Source: Eledone cirrhosa
Lineage: Eukaryota
DNA: 64,000 nucleotides
NCBI GenBank assembly: GCA_964016885.1
Contig: OZ024740.1
Location: 183,334,001 to 183,398,000 of the forward strand
Direction of reading: 5' to 3'
A program made the position numbers and the translations under genes. Below the pieces are notes generated by a model. That model was not told the origin of the DNA. It saw only the letters and a list, made by a program, of their open reading frames with translations, and did not search any database. This document shows positions 23,462 through 38,473 of the stretch, piece after piece; within the stretch, counting starts at the first letter, position 1; each line of letters begins with the position of its first letter.

Positions 23462-24592
23462 ATACAGACATATATATATAGTCATACATACATAATGATG
23501 GGTGAGGTAGTATGTGTATGCCAATCACCAAAAACATCATAGTGTTTATAAAAGCCAGGGATGACATTTGATAATGGTGGTGCCTGAAAACGGATAATAT
23601 TGTAGTCAGTGATAATCTGATTAATGTTAACTATCTCCTGATCATCCGTAATCAAGAAACCATCTGTGTATAATGGTATTCCAGCTGGGATCTAGTCTTA
23701 TGGTATATCTATCATTATATTGGCTGATATGAGACAGCTTTGATTATTATTTCTAGCAGGTTGCTCTTTCATTAGTTCAGTATTGGTAATAATCATTCAA
23801 ATAGTAACCAGTTTATGGTGGTTTGCAGAGAAAATAGAGAGTCTATCTTTACAATATAAATTTATATTATCATGTCACTGAAATAGAGGTTTCAATTTGC
23901 TGAATAATTTTATAGTTTACTCTCCAGCAATTAATTCAATAAGTCTATAGGACTATCTTGAGAACCTATTGAAGATCTGATTGGCAAAAGGTAAAAAGTT
24001 AACAGAGATTTACAAGTAATGTAAGCTTTATTTTATAAAGTATTCTCATTTACTCTCTCCCTTTTTTGTGCTTGTGCTTAAAGTGACTGGCATTTTGTTT
24101 ATCCCTGAATTATACTTGAAATATTCAGAGACACAAAACTATCCATTCATGATAGCATAATTGGAGATGTCTGCCACATTAAGTATTATCCACTTTATAA
24201 AATGTTCTACATTTACTTAATGCCAACAGTATCTTCCATATGATACTATTTACCTTAAGCAATGTGATTTACTGCCATTTTTCTTTCTTTCTTGGTTAAG
24301 AAGTGACTTTTATCTCAAGTGATGTGATTACACAGCAGTCAGTTAGTCATTCACATTTTAGATATTCGTATTTTTGGTTACAAAATATCATTAATTAACA
24401 CACAGCTCATCACTATGTTGTAAGATATTTTGAGAGAAATTGAAAATAAATGAAATTAAGACAATCCAATCAAATAGATTTCTTAATCTTCATCAACCTT
24501 CCAAGTTTGCAGACAAAAATACATAGAGACATTGGGTAGACATCTAACTTACAGGTTGTGAATATAATAATGTCCATTGTTTATTATATACA

Positions 24593-24785
24593 GGGCGGTA
24601 GATTGGCAGTATCGGTAGAGGGTCGGACGCCATGCTTTGCAGCATAGTTACCTCCCTTTACGGATTTAGTTCAAATCCCGCCGAGGTTAACTTTGCCTTT
24701 CATCCTTACGGGGTCGATAAAATAAAGTACCAGTAATACACTGGAATAATTGCTGGCTTTGTGCCAAAAGTAGAAACAATTATAT
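24593..24785 (+). mobile_element. tRNA-derived SINE (MetaSINE-like core)
   Basis: TGGCAGTATCGG A box, GTTCAAATCC B box, GCCTTTCATCCTTACGGGGTCGATAAAATAAAGTACCAG core. Confidence 0.85.
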
Positions 24786-24859
24786 ACTAAATGTTTATGA
24801 AAGTGTTGTATATAATATCTTCTTCAGTAGTTATTAATTACCAGAAGAAATTTGGAACA

Positions 24860-25060
24860 GGTTGTTGTTTAGCTCTAGGTTGGCTTTGCTTTGGAAGATT
24901 TAGAATCAATGATATCCCAGCCTAGAAAGTTATGTATTTTATGGGTATTAATGACTACACATCATTTGATGTTTCATTTCCATTTCTAAGATAGTGGATT
25001 ATGATATGAAAGAAATTTAACTGCTATTTCTAGCATGTGAAACAAAAACATAGAATCAGT
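24860..25060 (+). repeat. Old dispersed repeat (TTTGGCTGCTATTTCTAGCA family)
   Basis: Motif recurs near 22700, 23750, 25020, 27350, 36915 and 51520, and inverted near 22010 and 40620; class undetermined. Confidence 0.55.
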
Positions 25061-26605
25061 CTTGTTGTTGCATTGGTCAGGTAGTAAGGAGTTGCAACAA
25101 CCTCTTAAATGAATCTGCAATGCAGGTTTAGTTAATGGTTAACTCTTTTGATACTATCCACTTGGGACCATCTCTAGTTGCACGACACAAGATTAAATGG
25201 GTATTTAAATGTGCTCATATTGAAATTAAAAACCTTCCATTATAAATTTTAATGTAAGAACATGTTTGTTGAGTCACGTTACAAACACCAGATTTATAAT
25301 GGTTTCTAATTTAGAAACAAAGCCAGGCATTTTGAGGGGAAGGGAAAGTTGATTATATCAACCCAAGTACTTGATTGTTACATTATGTTATCAACCACAG
25401 AAGGATGAAAGGCACATTTGATGCCCCTTTGTATTTCGTCTGATGTGTTAACAATTCATCTCTCAAACCACTATTCTCAAACACAAATTTAATAATTAAA
25501 TGTTGTCCAAAATCCCTACAAGTTCATAACTATTTCTAAATTAATTGAAACTCGGGCAAAAAGTTTCATTAGTAATGAAAATGTTGAAGATATTTCAAAT
25601 CAACTACACATCATACGTTTGAGTTCTTGTCTTCTGTAATCTGGCAAGTAGATGGAGCATGACTGAATGATTAAAAAGTTTGCTTCGTAATCATTAGGTC
25701 CCAGGTTTGATCCCCCTGCATGTCATTTACCTTAGCTGCAGGTTGTCCCATACTTTGTGAGTGAAATTGATGAAAACTTTTGAAACCTCTCAGATGGATA
25801 GTACTTCGAATTCAAAGGGCCATCCTCTCATGCTGCATCATGCTGAATCTTCTGAGAATTATGTTAAAAGTACACATGTCTGAAATGTTCAGTCACTTAC
25901 ATGTTAATCTCACTAGCAAGCTGTTCTGTTGATCAAACAATTGGAACACATATCATCAGATCTAATGGATGTCCATTCTAACATGGATAATTTTTTTTCC
26001 ACACAACTTACATTCCCTCAGCACATTACATTGTTTTCTTTTGTTTTGTTACAACTCCAGGTGCACAGATTCATTATGAACCTATTTCATATTAGTTTTA
26101 TAAGTTTATAGGAGATTCATAGGGGGTCTCTTCTATTTTATGTAGGACTTAATGCCAGCACTTTGCAATAACCAGACTATTGATAAGACTTCTGTAAGAT
26201 GAAGAACTGGAACTCAGTATACCAAGCGGCTGATGCTATACTGCACGGAACCTCGTCTGATCATTTTAAATCAGAGCCTAGAAGGCTGCAACAATTATTT
26301 AAAGACATTTTATCCAACACACTAATGACTGTCAGCTACACTAATACAATTTCTTCAGTGTTGACCTAACAACCAATTAAGGGTTATTCACACATATCTT
26401 TTATCATTTAACAAATAAAATATGAGTTTCTAATAGTTAGATAGATAGGTGTGTTGCAAATTGTTGTTCAGCTGCAGGTCAGCTTTAATTAGATAGGTTT
26501 ATTATCAAAACCTTTCCAAACTATTATTTCTTTTCAGGTATTGTATATCCAGGATAACACCATCTGTGGCCTTTCTTTCAATTATGGTACAACTTTAGTG
26601 GAGGA

Positions 26606-26872
26606 CTGGCTTAAAGTGTGTTGAACTTACGATCATAATGTCATGGGTTTGATTCCTGGACAGGATTGTGTGTTGTGTTCTTGAGCAAAATCACTTCATC
26701 TTGAGCCGAAAATAAGTATCGGGAGTAGCTGGGGGTTGAGAGTAACCTTAAAAATGACTGGCATCCTTTCCAAGGGGGAGTTGTGTACTCATTGTCACTT
26801 AACACCACAGAAAAACCGGGATCAGCACTAGCCTGATAAGTCTGAAGGCTCAAGACAGAAGTTAGATTTTAG
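26606..26872 (+). mobile_element. tRNA-derived SINE, further family
   Basis: GGGTTTGATTCC B box, TTGTGTTCTTGAGCAAAATCACTT, GACTGGCATCCTTTCCAAGGGGG; related minus-strand copies at about 41160-41440 and 21240-21480. Confidence 0.65.
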
Positions 26873-29800
26873 ACTTGGACAACTTTAAGGAAATTTGACT
26901 GATATACCAATGAGTGACCTCTTACAAACTCCTCTGTTACCCAAATCTAAGAGTACATTGCTATTGTTGCAGTTGGTTACAAGCTATACTATCATATCAA
27001 CCCTAATTAACCAGGTCCATGTCCAAAAACAATTCAGCCATGACTAGCTCATAGTTTACTTAAAGCTTCAATATTCCATGTGTATTTTCTATTTTTCAAA
27101 GATGTTATTATTTGGGGGAGAATTGACTGATTAAAACCTCCATTGTTAACTGAATCGAAGGTTATATTATTACTATTGATATTGCTACTGGTCATTTGTT
27201 TCAAGACAGTAATTTTCGAAGAGACCTATAAAAAATGACAAAATATTCCAGCCATTTATGCAGGCATAATATACCTAGGACTATATTATTCAATGTGATA
27301 TTTGTTTCTTTATTTAATACTGCAGTATATGATTTGAGAAAGAATTGGCAGACATTTCTAGCAAGTCAAGCGACCACTTACATGCCCTCTGATAGATATA
27401 GATAGATCAATGAAATGTAAGTAATATTTTGGTGAGAAACATTTATCTCATTTCAATACAGTTATTCGACATAATTGAAACTTATTGAATTATTGGGTTG
27501 CCAATCAATGCTTAATGATATGTCGCAGATGTTGTGTTATGAATCTAGTTAAGGTACTTAATTCTCAATTGTCCTGTCCATTTAGGAATAAAAAATGTAC
27601 TTTAGATTGAAATAATGGTTCTCTCTTGTATCTTCAAGTAAGTTCAATTATTAACTATTTCATGACTATATTTGTAATGATTTTTAATTTAGTGACAAGG
27701 CCAGCAATTTGGTAGAAAGGGGAAATCCATATCTACCCAGTACTTAAATGGTACTTTATATTATCGACCCCCGAATGAGAAAAGCCAAATTTGTTCTCAA
27801 TGGAATTTGAAATCATAATTTAGAAAGTCATAACTAAATACTGCAAAGCTTTTGTCTGCCAATTTACCAATGCTGCAAATCCACAGCCCACATTTTCTAT
27901 GTGCTTCAATTAATTTTGAAAATAATCAATAATAATGAGGGATTTACTAAAATAACAATTTTAAATCTTTTTTTATAAAAACTAGGGTGGGACTTTTTTC
28001 AAAAGGTTCTTATATAAAATCATGATGGAAGGTTTAAATTTAAATATGAATATCTTAAAATTAGATGCTTTCTGTCATGAAATCTGTGTTGATCACAGAT
28101 GAAATGGTGATAAAAGGCTTAATTTATTTAGAGTGCTGAGGTGAAGTTTTCACTTAAGGTGAAATGTTTCCTTATTGCTCTTACTACTATATTCTGTTCT
28201 ACTCTTTCATGTATGCAAGTGGGATTACATTTATAAAAGATAATAGAAAAACAGTGCTTGCTCTCGTGCTATATCTTTCAGCTTTCCTTTCTCCCACATA
28301 GTGTTTCTTTAACCCTTTTGTTAGCATATTTCTAATGAATTTTTAAAATTGTGTAAAATTTAGTAAAAAACTAACTTTTATCATATTAAGCTGCTGTTAG
28401 GATCATTACTTAAAATAAATGTCTTTCATGAAATTATGATGAAATGTTTGAATTTAAATATGAACACTTTTAGATGACTAGTTCTGCATAACAAAACCAG
28501 GGGTGGCTTCAGGCTGGTTGATATTAAAAGTAGTAATAGGGACTCAACAATATTGTTTAAAGCATCTGTAGACAGTTTACATGTGCTTTCTATCTGACTC
28601 ACTTGTCTCTCCTTCTTTTGCAACTCATATTTTGTCTCCTTGAGATCCCAGCCCAGCTCTTACCTGTCTAGATTCTTGTCCCTTGAAATTCACTCCATGC
28701 TGATATTTTTCTTCCAGTGATTAACGAGTAGCTGTTCAAGACCATCAAACAGACTATTATGTATAACCACTTTCACTAGACAAAAGAATTGAAAAAAACA
28801 ACAAAAAACATTTCTACTTAGAGTGTACTCAAGATTTGTCTATATAATCTATATGCTCATGAAAATTCTCATTTTCTCTTGTATCAGTATTCAAAGTCTT
28901 TGTACCAACATGGGATATAAAATCTGAGTGAACTGGCAGAATAATTAGAACATTGGAAAAATACTTTGTTGTATTTGTAATAAATCTGATTTCAATTCCT
29001 GCATTTCATTCTTCCAGGGTCAATAAAATTCCCACTATGAATTATTTGGGTGATAGACTTAATCCATCTCCTATTTTAATGCCACCATATAACTTTGAGT
29101 GTATTTAGAAGAGTTCACTTTATTGAAAATCATTTAGACCAGATATTTGGTTTCAGGATGCATCTCTCCCTCCCTTACATCTGTCTTAGAAGCCCTGGAA
29201 ATGGTCATGGGCAGACATTCCCTCTCTGACTAAATAGTAGAAAAAAAAACAACAACAAAGAAAAACAGATTTCATTATTCTTCTGATCAGACTTTTGAAA
29301 AGAATCTGCAGGACAGAGATAAATCAAAATCAGTCAATTTCATTAATTTTCTTGTCATCATATTACCCCTAAAATATCCTGAAACAGAGATGAGATCAAA
29401 CTCTTATTTTTTCTTTATAAGATTGATGCAATATTGCTGACTCAATTTTATTGTCATCATATTACATCCATAATAACATGAAATAGAGATCAAACTCTTA
29501 TTTTACTCTATAAGATTGATGTAAGTAATATTTCTGAGTCATTTTGCTTCTATTCAGCATTCAAACTCTTTGAAGGTGTATTAAAGACTGGAAGAAATTA
29601 GAATCATCAATCAACTGTTGAAAAACATTGTTGTTGAAAGTGACAGTGCCTCAATTTATACTCAGCAACATATAAACTTCATATCCATGCTTTATGATCC
29701 TTATGATGTATTAGATTAATGATTCTTAATTTTGAAATTGTAATAGGAGCATAATGTATCAATATTTATTAGATTGGCAGAATAGTTCAAGTGTCAGATA

Positions 29801-30059
29801 AAGTATCACATAGTATTTTTTATTTTGGCTTATTACATTCTGAGTTCAAATCACACTTAGGTAAATTTTGTCTTTCATCATTCCAGAGTTCATAAAATAA
29901 AATACCAGTGAAAAGCAATAGATTGACAAATGCACCTAGTATGTGCTTTGACGTGGTTGGTGATGGAAAGGGCATCCAGCCATGAAGGACTTGCTAAACA
30001 AAGGCTTGGTAGCATCGACATTTTTATATTTGTGAAAGATCCACCTTCCAGGCATTCCT

Positions 30060-30434
30060 TTTCTACACCTTCCTATATGTCTCATTTTGTTTCTTGCTTA
30101 TTGAGATGTCACTAATGACTAACCTATGCCAGGGGGTACATTCTTCCCTGGGGTATTTGACACCATCTGTCTGTCTCGTTGCCTAACTAACAAAAAGTCA
30201 ATCTGCCTTATGTGCTCACCTGATTGGTAGGGTATTAAGTGTTTGGTAGCTTTCTTGAAGTTAATGTTGCAAATAGTTAGTGCACTTGCATCACAAAATT
30301 TAAGAAGCCTCACTGCTTCTTCGTTTCTTGAGCCATAACCGTGCCCACCATGTACTCCAGTGTATCTATCCTGGAGCTGTCAAACATAACCATTGAAGTG
30401 CCTGCTAGTATAACTATGTCTCTGTCCTCTGTCA
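30060..30434 (-). mobile_element. RTE AP-endonuclease fragment truncated at a (TA)n tract
   Basis: DIVILAG, RLLKFCDASALTICNINFKK..HLIPYQSG..QIDFLLVR. Confidence 0.75.
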
Positions 30435-30436
30435 TA

Positions 30437-30493
<57 letters not shown>

Positions 30494-31035
30494 CATATAT
30501 GTATATATATATACATATATATATACATATATGTATATATATATACATATATATATACATATATGTATATATATATATATATATAGTAATAATAATAAAT
30601 TTGAAGAGTAAAATCCAAAGAGGGCTCGATAAGGATAAATATATATCAAATATATAAGAACCGTTAAGGGTGAAAGCAGCGATTCTTTGCTTAAACTTTA
30701 ATCTGTTATTTTAATAAATATATATATATATATAAAATAATAAAAAATAAAAAAATAAAAAATAAAAAATCAGTAGAAAATGCTAAAGGGATTTTTTCTC
30801 AGAATAACATCAAAACATTTATTTACAAAATAGGGATTTCCGCATTTAATTGTACCGGTTTCAGCTTATATGCTTTTTCAACGACGGAAGTGTTTGATGC
30901 AATTAAATTGCATATTAATAAGAATAATAAGAATATGGGGAAAAAACTTTGTTTTTACATACATATTTAGGGAGAAAATTCACCTTTTTTTCTGTAGTTT
31001 TCTTTCTTTCTCTCTTAGTGTTGACTTTAGCCTTA

Positions 31036-31664
31036 CCAAGTCTAAGCATAAATGAATTGAGAGAGAGACTAAGCATAAGAGGTATCAAATGTTGTGTTCT
31101 GGAGCAGAGATTCTGTTGGTATGGCCATGTGATACGTATGAAGGATGACAGCTGTATAAAAAAAGTGCAGGGCAATGAAATTTGATGGAAGCTACAGAGT
31201 GGGTAGGCCACGAAGAACCTGGGACGAGGTGATAAAAACTGACATTGCTCACTGACATCTCACTAAGACAATGTCACTGATTGAGATCTTTGGCGCCCTG
31301 CAGTTGGATAGAAGACCGGCCTTCCGTTGCATACAAACCTACAGTCAGTAGGCACCTCTTAACCCAATATACACCCCATCAACACACCCTACCCCATCCT
31401 CCCTTTCCTGTTCTGTCCACTGTGTTGATGACACAACAGTCCACATTGTAAGGTGATCATGTAGGAGACACGGTAAAAAGGCTCCCAGTTCATACTGTAA
31501 ATGTGGTTGGTGTTAGGAAGGGCATCCAGCTGTAAAAAGAAACCTGCCAGAAACACTTCCGTACAAGTGAGACATGGTTTCCCGGCCATTCCTACATCAA
31601 ATGGAACAAAACCGTCTAACCCATGCTAGCGTGGAAGATGGACATTAAACGATGATGATGATGA
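31036..31664 (+). mobile_element. RTE LINE 3' fragment with (GAT)n tail
   Basis: SINELRERLSIRGIKCCVLEQRFCWYGHVIRMKDDSCIKK plus shared 3' UTR. Confidence 0.88.
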
Positions 31665-34234
31665 TATATGCATACATACACACACATGCAAACAGGCACA
31701 TGCATACACATTTATATGATAGACGTCCACACATTATCTGTCTACCAAATTTCATTCACAAAGCATAGGTTAAATAGTGATTAGTATAGAAGACACTTGT
31801 CCATCATATCATGCAATAGGACTGAACTCAAAACCATGTGACTGTGAAGCAAATTTTAACCACACAACCATAACAGACCACTTTTTTGTTTTTTCTCTCT
31901 TGTGGATATATATTACAGAGGCCATATACATACAGGTGTGCACTGTATTTCATAATTTTCTCAATTTTCTGCTGAAATAGCAATATAGAACCGAAAATAT
32001 ATTAATAAACAGCAACTGATTTTGGCAATATCAATGTTGTTACTTATATTTTATAACCAGGAATATCATGAAATTAGTTATTGGGAGAACTTTGAGACGT
32101 TTCTTGTGGTAGTAGTAATATCATTTTAATAAACCATCCTAAATTGGGATAACACATATTTAGTTAAGATCTTATAACCAGGGGGGCCAACACTATCATT
32201 AAGTCCAACTAGATACTGCAAAGGATACAAATCTTAAAGAGGCCCAATACTGAAATTTAAAGGTGACAGTCTTATAAAAATTTGTATAAATAAATATACA
32301 TACTATATAATAATATCCTGTAATCAATAAATATATTGCTAAATATCTTTGCTGCCAATATCCTAAAAGGTGGACTGTGTTTTAGGGTGTTATGATGTTC
32401 ACTTGATCTAGTGTGGGTGAATGTTGACCATGCTGGGAAAAATGCAGACTTAGTAATATTCTTAGTGCAATCAGAGCAGAATCATCAGCTTAGCAAGCTG
32501 TTAGCTAAAATTATATTATTTGAGAAAAGGGGTTTATAACTGAGAGAAGAGGGTGCATTTGTAGAGCTGTCTTAGGGTGCGAAATACACAGGTATTGGCT
32601 CTGCTTTTGATAAGATGTCCCACAACAAATGCTGGGTGGCCACACAGAACATTCTGTTTAATTAACTGTATCTGTGTCTTAATTATTTTGTTCACACAAG
32701 AGATGGTTAGGACAATAAAAAGATGAGCCAATGAAGAAACAGTCTTGAGTGTATTAAAAAAGCAAGAACACACTGAATAATGTAGTCCTTGATAAACTTC
32801 ATCTGAATAAAAGGCAGAATGGTCACAGATGACTAGACACTCACCACAGGTTTACTTGATGAGAGCTAAATTCAGGCAACCTTGCAATATTTATAACAGC
32901 TTTTTGTGATTTGAGTTCAAATCCCACTAAGTTCAACCTTGCTTTCCATCTGTTCAGGGTCATTAAAATAATGTATCAGTCCAAAGTAGTAGATTGACAG
33001 AATTATTAAAATATTAGTTCCAATCCTCTGTTGTTATTTATTCCAGTTCTTTGTGTTCTGAATTCTTGGATTGTAGAATTAATCAGTCACTTGGTGTGAC
33101 CTTACCACCAGGTTCATTAGTATTTTAGTGGAGATCATTCTGTTGCAATCACTTATTTAAGCCATGTTTCTTGTTTGACGATAATTTCTCCCTTGCTCCT
33201 ACTAATTTTGCTGACCCTGAAGAAAAAAGAAAATAAGAGAGTCATGGGTGTTACCCTTCCTTTACTAATTAAACAGTAAGAAAGCAACAAAAACAACAGT
33301 AATATATAAATCACAAAATTTGAGCAATAATCACAATCAAACAAAATCCCTTGCATGATTTGTTCAGACAATTTATGTTCTTAGTTCAAATTTTAACATG
33401 GTCTAGTTCGAATTCCAGCAAATCAAGATTGATATAATTAAGTACCAGTCAAGTACAGATGATTGATATAGTCTGCTAAACTGGAGGCTTTCTGTCTATA
33501 TAAGAATCCTTATTATTTTGAGTAACTTTTACAGCAGAGCAATGGCAATTATCTCGCATTGTCAGTGGCTCTTTATTAGATTAATTAGATTTAAATATTA
33601 ACAAATAAAATGATAATTAAAATACGAAAGTTCTGTTTATTAATGCATCTAATATTTCTAACTCTAATGCTCTCTCAACAACAGCTTCTCAATTGCACAT
33701 TTTGTGGTAAACTTTCCAGTCAGTTGAGTCACTGCATACTGTAGAGTGAGTTACATAATTTAATTTACTTGGCAAATATTAATTAGTGAAACACAAGTAC
33801 AATGCTGCTGTAGATATCTTCCAAATGTGTTTAGGCCAAGATTGGTTCTCTTCATGATTGGAATCTATTCAAAATAAACAATTGACATTAATTGCATCTG
33901 CTTCTATAGTCATAGGCATTTTCTCCTAATTTCCATCTACTACTTTGTGGTGTATTGTTGCAGAATGATGTGATCATCTACCTTTTAAACTACTAGCACA
34001 AACACTACCATGATCACCACTAGAACCAATACTCCCTCCACTGCATCATCATCATTATCATCATCTACTATTGAAAACTATCATTGGGATGCAATACAAG
34101 TGTCAATGTCCATTCACTTTATGTGAAATACTGTGTGGTACCTACTCACTCGCAACACTATTCATTTTCAGACCACTGTAAACCACCAGAGCAAATGTAA
34201 TCAACAAATATTTTGCATTGCACCTGCATATATG

Positions 34235-35967
34235 CACATTATGAGAGACTGATGAATGTGGAGAATGAATAGGAGAGAGAGAAATTACCCCAGTAGATCC
34301 AACAGAGGGACCATCTATTGAGATTGACTAATATAGGGTACAAGAGGCAATTAAGGAAATGAAGAATGGTAAGGCTGCTGGAGTGTCGGGGATAGTTGCT
34401 GAGATGCTGAAGGCATCAGGAGAAGTAGGCACTAAAACAGTTGCACGCATCATTAATCAAGCTATATATGGTGGTGTCATACCCAAACTCTGGTGCAGCA
34501 GTATTCTCATAAATTGCTACAAAGGTAAAGGGGATACTCTAGAGAGGAGCAATTATAGGGGCATAAAGCTGATGGATCAGGTTATGAAAGTGGCAGAGAT
34601 GATATTAGAGCAACTGATTAGAGAAAGGGTCAAATTAGATGAGATACAGTTTGGTTTTGTGCCTCGGAAAAGTACAACAGATGCCCTCTTCTTAGTGAGG
34701 CAAGTACAAGAGAGGTTCTTAGCTTTTGTTGACCTAGAGATGGCCTTTGATAGGGTACCCCAATCTGTCATCTGGTGGTCCCTAAGGAAAACTAGGTGTA
34801 GAAGAATGGCTTGTGAGGACAGTGCAAGATATGTACAGGGGTGCTGTCAGTAAAGTGAGACTAGGAATGGAGTTTAGTGAGGAATTCCAGATACAAGTAG
34901 GTGTACATCAGGGTTCAGTCCTCAGCCCGCTCTTGTTCATTATAGTGATCCAAGCCAAAACAGAGGAGTTTTAGAATGGATGCCCATGGGAACTTCTCTA
35001 TACTGATGATCTGGTTCTTATAACAGAATCAGTTGAGGAGCTAGAGAATAAATTCTGGCTATGGAAACAGCAGTTGGAATCAAGAGGCCTGAGAGTGAAC
35101 ATAGCAAGACAAAAGTGTTGATAAGTAGAAGAGAGGACAATACTCCGATTCCATCAGGGACATGGCCATGTCCCTAAATTCCATAAAATGTATGCAATGC
35201 AGATCTTGGGTACATAACAGATGTAGTGGGATAGCAGGCAAACTAACAGGTAGGGAAAACTACGTATGCAGTAGATGTACAGGGAAAGTTGGCAGTAGTA
35301 ATCAGAGTGATAGACACATTTTTCCAATGCAGGTGGGTTCTATAGAAGTGGTTGATAGCTTCCGGTACCTAGGTGATCAGATTTGCATGGGAAGGGGTGT
35401 TCCGAGGCCATAGTATCTAGAATAAAGACGGGTTGGAAGAAGTTTATGGAGCTGTTTCCTCTGTTTACAAAGAAGGGTTTCTCCCTACATACGAAAGGAC
35501 GGTTATATGATGACTATGTGAGATGCACGATGCTGCATGGTAGAGAGACATGGGCAGCAGATACAGAGGATATGTAACGGTTGGAGAGAAATGAAGCTAG
35601 TATGCTCCATTAGATGTGCAATGTCAATGTGCATGAACAAACAAGCATGGACGAGTTGAGAAAGAAAATAGGTATAAGAAGGATAAGTCGTGGTGTGAAG
35701 GAGAGAAGGCTGAGATGGTATCGACATGTGATGTGCATGGAGGATGACTGCAGGGTAAAGAAGTGCCAAGAAATCCCAGTAGAAGAAAGACACAGTAGAG
35801 GTAGACCACAAAAAACATGGGCGGAGGTGGTGAGAGCAGACCTCAGATCGCTGAAACTCACCGAGGAGATGACGAAGGACTGTGACAAGTGGAGAGATGC
35901 TGTGCTAAATAGGACCCATCCAACCCTTGCAAGCAAGGAAAAGCGGATGTAAAGTGATGATGATGAT
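34235..35967 (+). mobile_element. 5'-truncated degenerate RTE LINE (RT, Cys-rich insert, short 3' end)
   Basis: MKNGKAAGVSGIVAEMLK, NYRGIKL, QFGFVP..STTDA, AFVDLE.AFDRVP, GVHQGSVLSP, LLYTDDL, RRLRWY.HV, RGRP.KTW; (GAT)n tail. Confidence 0.92.
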
Positions 35968-36486
35968 AGACACACATGCATATATGTTTGCTTGCAGATA
36001 TATAACTTTCTAATAATTATAGTTTCTAAGCAGTTAGAAAGTGCAAAGAATTGGTTTTGAATTGGTGTTGAAGTATAAAAGAGGGAGGAGAGGGAAAATA
36101 CTGAAGAATAAGGAAGAGAGAAGTCAAAGAGGGGAGATATCCAACAATAACATTGGCAAATTTAAAAAAAAACGAACTTACTCATGGGATTTGTGCTATT
36201 AATCCTTTTTGTAATAAACCAAATGAAACTGTTCATGATATACTATACAAAACTCTTTGTTTTAAAACTGTCAATCATAATTTTATGCAAGAAACTTTGA
36301 TAAGTTATGTTCCAAACTCCAACTTCTTAATGAAGGAGTTAGTTATTCTACTAATTCTTCCAAGTTATTTGAAACACATAGGAAATGTATTTCATTCAAA
36401 ATATGGTAAATAAAAGGTTAACTCTGGCGTGACCTGATTTGTGAATGAATATAAAAGATTTAAATTAATTGATGAAGAGTTAGATA

Positions 36487-36668
36487 TGGACTGGCAGTAT
36501 CTGTAGAACGTTGGGCATTATGCTTTGCGGAATAGAGTTACGGCCCTTTACATTCTGAGTTCAAATCCCGCCGAGGTTAGCTTTGCCTTTCCTACTAAAG
36601 GGGGTCGATTTAGTTGACTTTCTCCTCCCCCAAATTGTCAGCCTTGTGCCTAAATCAGAAACCATTAT
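36487..36668 (+). mobile_element. MetaSINE-like SINE variant
   Basis: GAGTTCAAATCCCGCCGAGGTTAGCTTTGCCTTT..GGGGTCGAT..CCTTGTGCCTAAA. Confidence 0.75.
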
Positions 36669-38236
36669 TAAGATGATATTTGTAACATATCTTAACAAAT
36701 AATTCTTATATAAAATTAGGTTTAAAGATTTTAATTTAAAAAAGAACCTTTAATTGATGCAATTTTGGAGTTGTTATAAAAATAATTACTTAAACTTAGC
36801 AGCTCCCTTGTTTTGAGATGCATGAGGCAGACAAAGTGCTCCAATGACCACAGTCAGTTGCATCTAATAAGCACGTTCTTGTTTTATGTCAGTAGGACTT
36901 AACTGGTGGGTGATTTGGCTGCTATTTCTAGCATGCTGAGCAACATTTTAGAGGCATATTTATTGGTTCAATGGAAACGTTGATCTTTTAACTGATCAAC
37001 ACTACAGAAACTGCAGATAAGCACAATCTTTATGAATCTTTTGGTTAGAAATATGGATTAGCCACTTATGAAAAGATATATTCATGTTGAGTTTACTTAA
37101 GCCAGAATTAGTTACACTGGTCAACAGTTTAAGGAACAATTTTATCATAAAGCCCTTGCCTGGAATGCATTTCATATGCTGGAAACTTGATATACATTTG
37201 AGAGAACTGTGTTGGAAGGCCTAATTTGAAGTTAGAGTTCCAAGTGCCAGAACAAATACCACAAGGCATTTCATATAAAACTTTAAAATTCTGCAAATCC
37301 ACTGCTCTCAACTATTAATTTATTTATATACATTGAAAGGATGAAATACAAGAACTAGGTAGGATTTGAAATCAGAAAGCATGGAGATAGAACAAATGCC
37401 ATATGGCATTCTATTCAATACTCTAACATTTCTGCCAATTCTCCCCTATAATTCAATGCCCTACAATTTCTGTTAATACTTCACCTTTGTGTAAAATACA
37501 TTATTGAAGGAAATTGCATATTGAAGAGTGCCTTGGAAATTATACAATCTTTATTTCAATCTTTGACAGATGTTCAGTCAGAATAGCAAACTTAGCTTTC
37601 TTTTGTTTGAAATATTTACTCATGCATATCTAGACATATTTTCTTTTTTTTTAGTTCCTTCTTTCATTTGTTGTGTCTTTTATAGATAATTATTCTTTCC
37701 ATATTTCATTTTTCAAACATTTGGTTGTTTTTTTTTTGGTTTATTATTATTATTGCTGTTATTGGTATTTTTTTCTAACAACTGTTTCTCTTTTTCTATC
37801 TCTTTGAGTTAATAATGAAATGTCATTTTATTATCCTTTGTTCAGTTAACTTTATAGCATTCTTCCTTGACAAAGCTATTGATATGCATCTACATTCATT
37901 CCCAGCATCACAATCACAAGCTAGTATCAGAAATGAATCAATGAGGAAGTTCTATAGAGTTACTTGACCTTGCTGATGACCAGCCAAATTTCCTTTCAAC
38001 CAGTTTCCAACCAGCTTCTCTTAGTTTTAAAATTCCTAGGGCAAAGTGCCCGAAATAAAACAGAATGCCCATGGCTATAATGTCATCTAAATGATAAAGT
38101 TCAAAGTTTACGGACAGGCTACATATTTTACATCTCACCAATCTTCTATATAACAAAACTGATGATGATGGTGACGATGATGTCAACAACAATGACAATA
38201 ATGACAGTAACAATGACGATGATGATGAGGAGTTGG

Positions 38237-38282
<46 letters not shown>

Positions 38283-38289
<7 letters not shown>

Positions 38290-38473
38290 TGTTTCTACTT
38301 TAGGCACAAGGCCAGCAATTACTCAGTGCATTACTGGTACTTTATTTTATCGACCCCGTAAGGATGAAAGACAAAGTCAACCTCGGCGGGATTTGAACTC
38401 AGATCGTAAAGGGATGTAACTATGCTGGAAAGCATGGCGTCCGTCCCTCTACCGATACTGCCAATCCACCGCC
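38283..38473 (-). mobile_element. MetaSINE-like SINE within a (TAA)n tract
   Basis: Near-identical reverse complement of 59318-59508. Confidence 0.88.

Noticed and set aside
24593-24690. tRNA genes at A-box/B-box motifs
   Set aside because: No complete cloverleaf; each motif is followed by a SINE core and tail
29352-29545. Diverged tandem duplication of about 100 bp
   Set aside because: Ordinary local duplication with no ribozyme core or terminal structure
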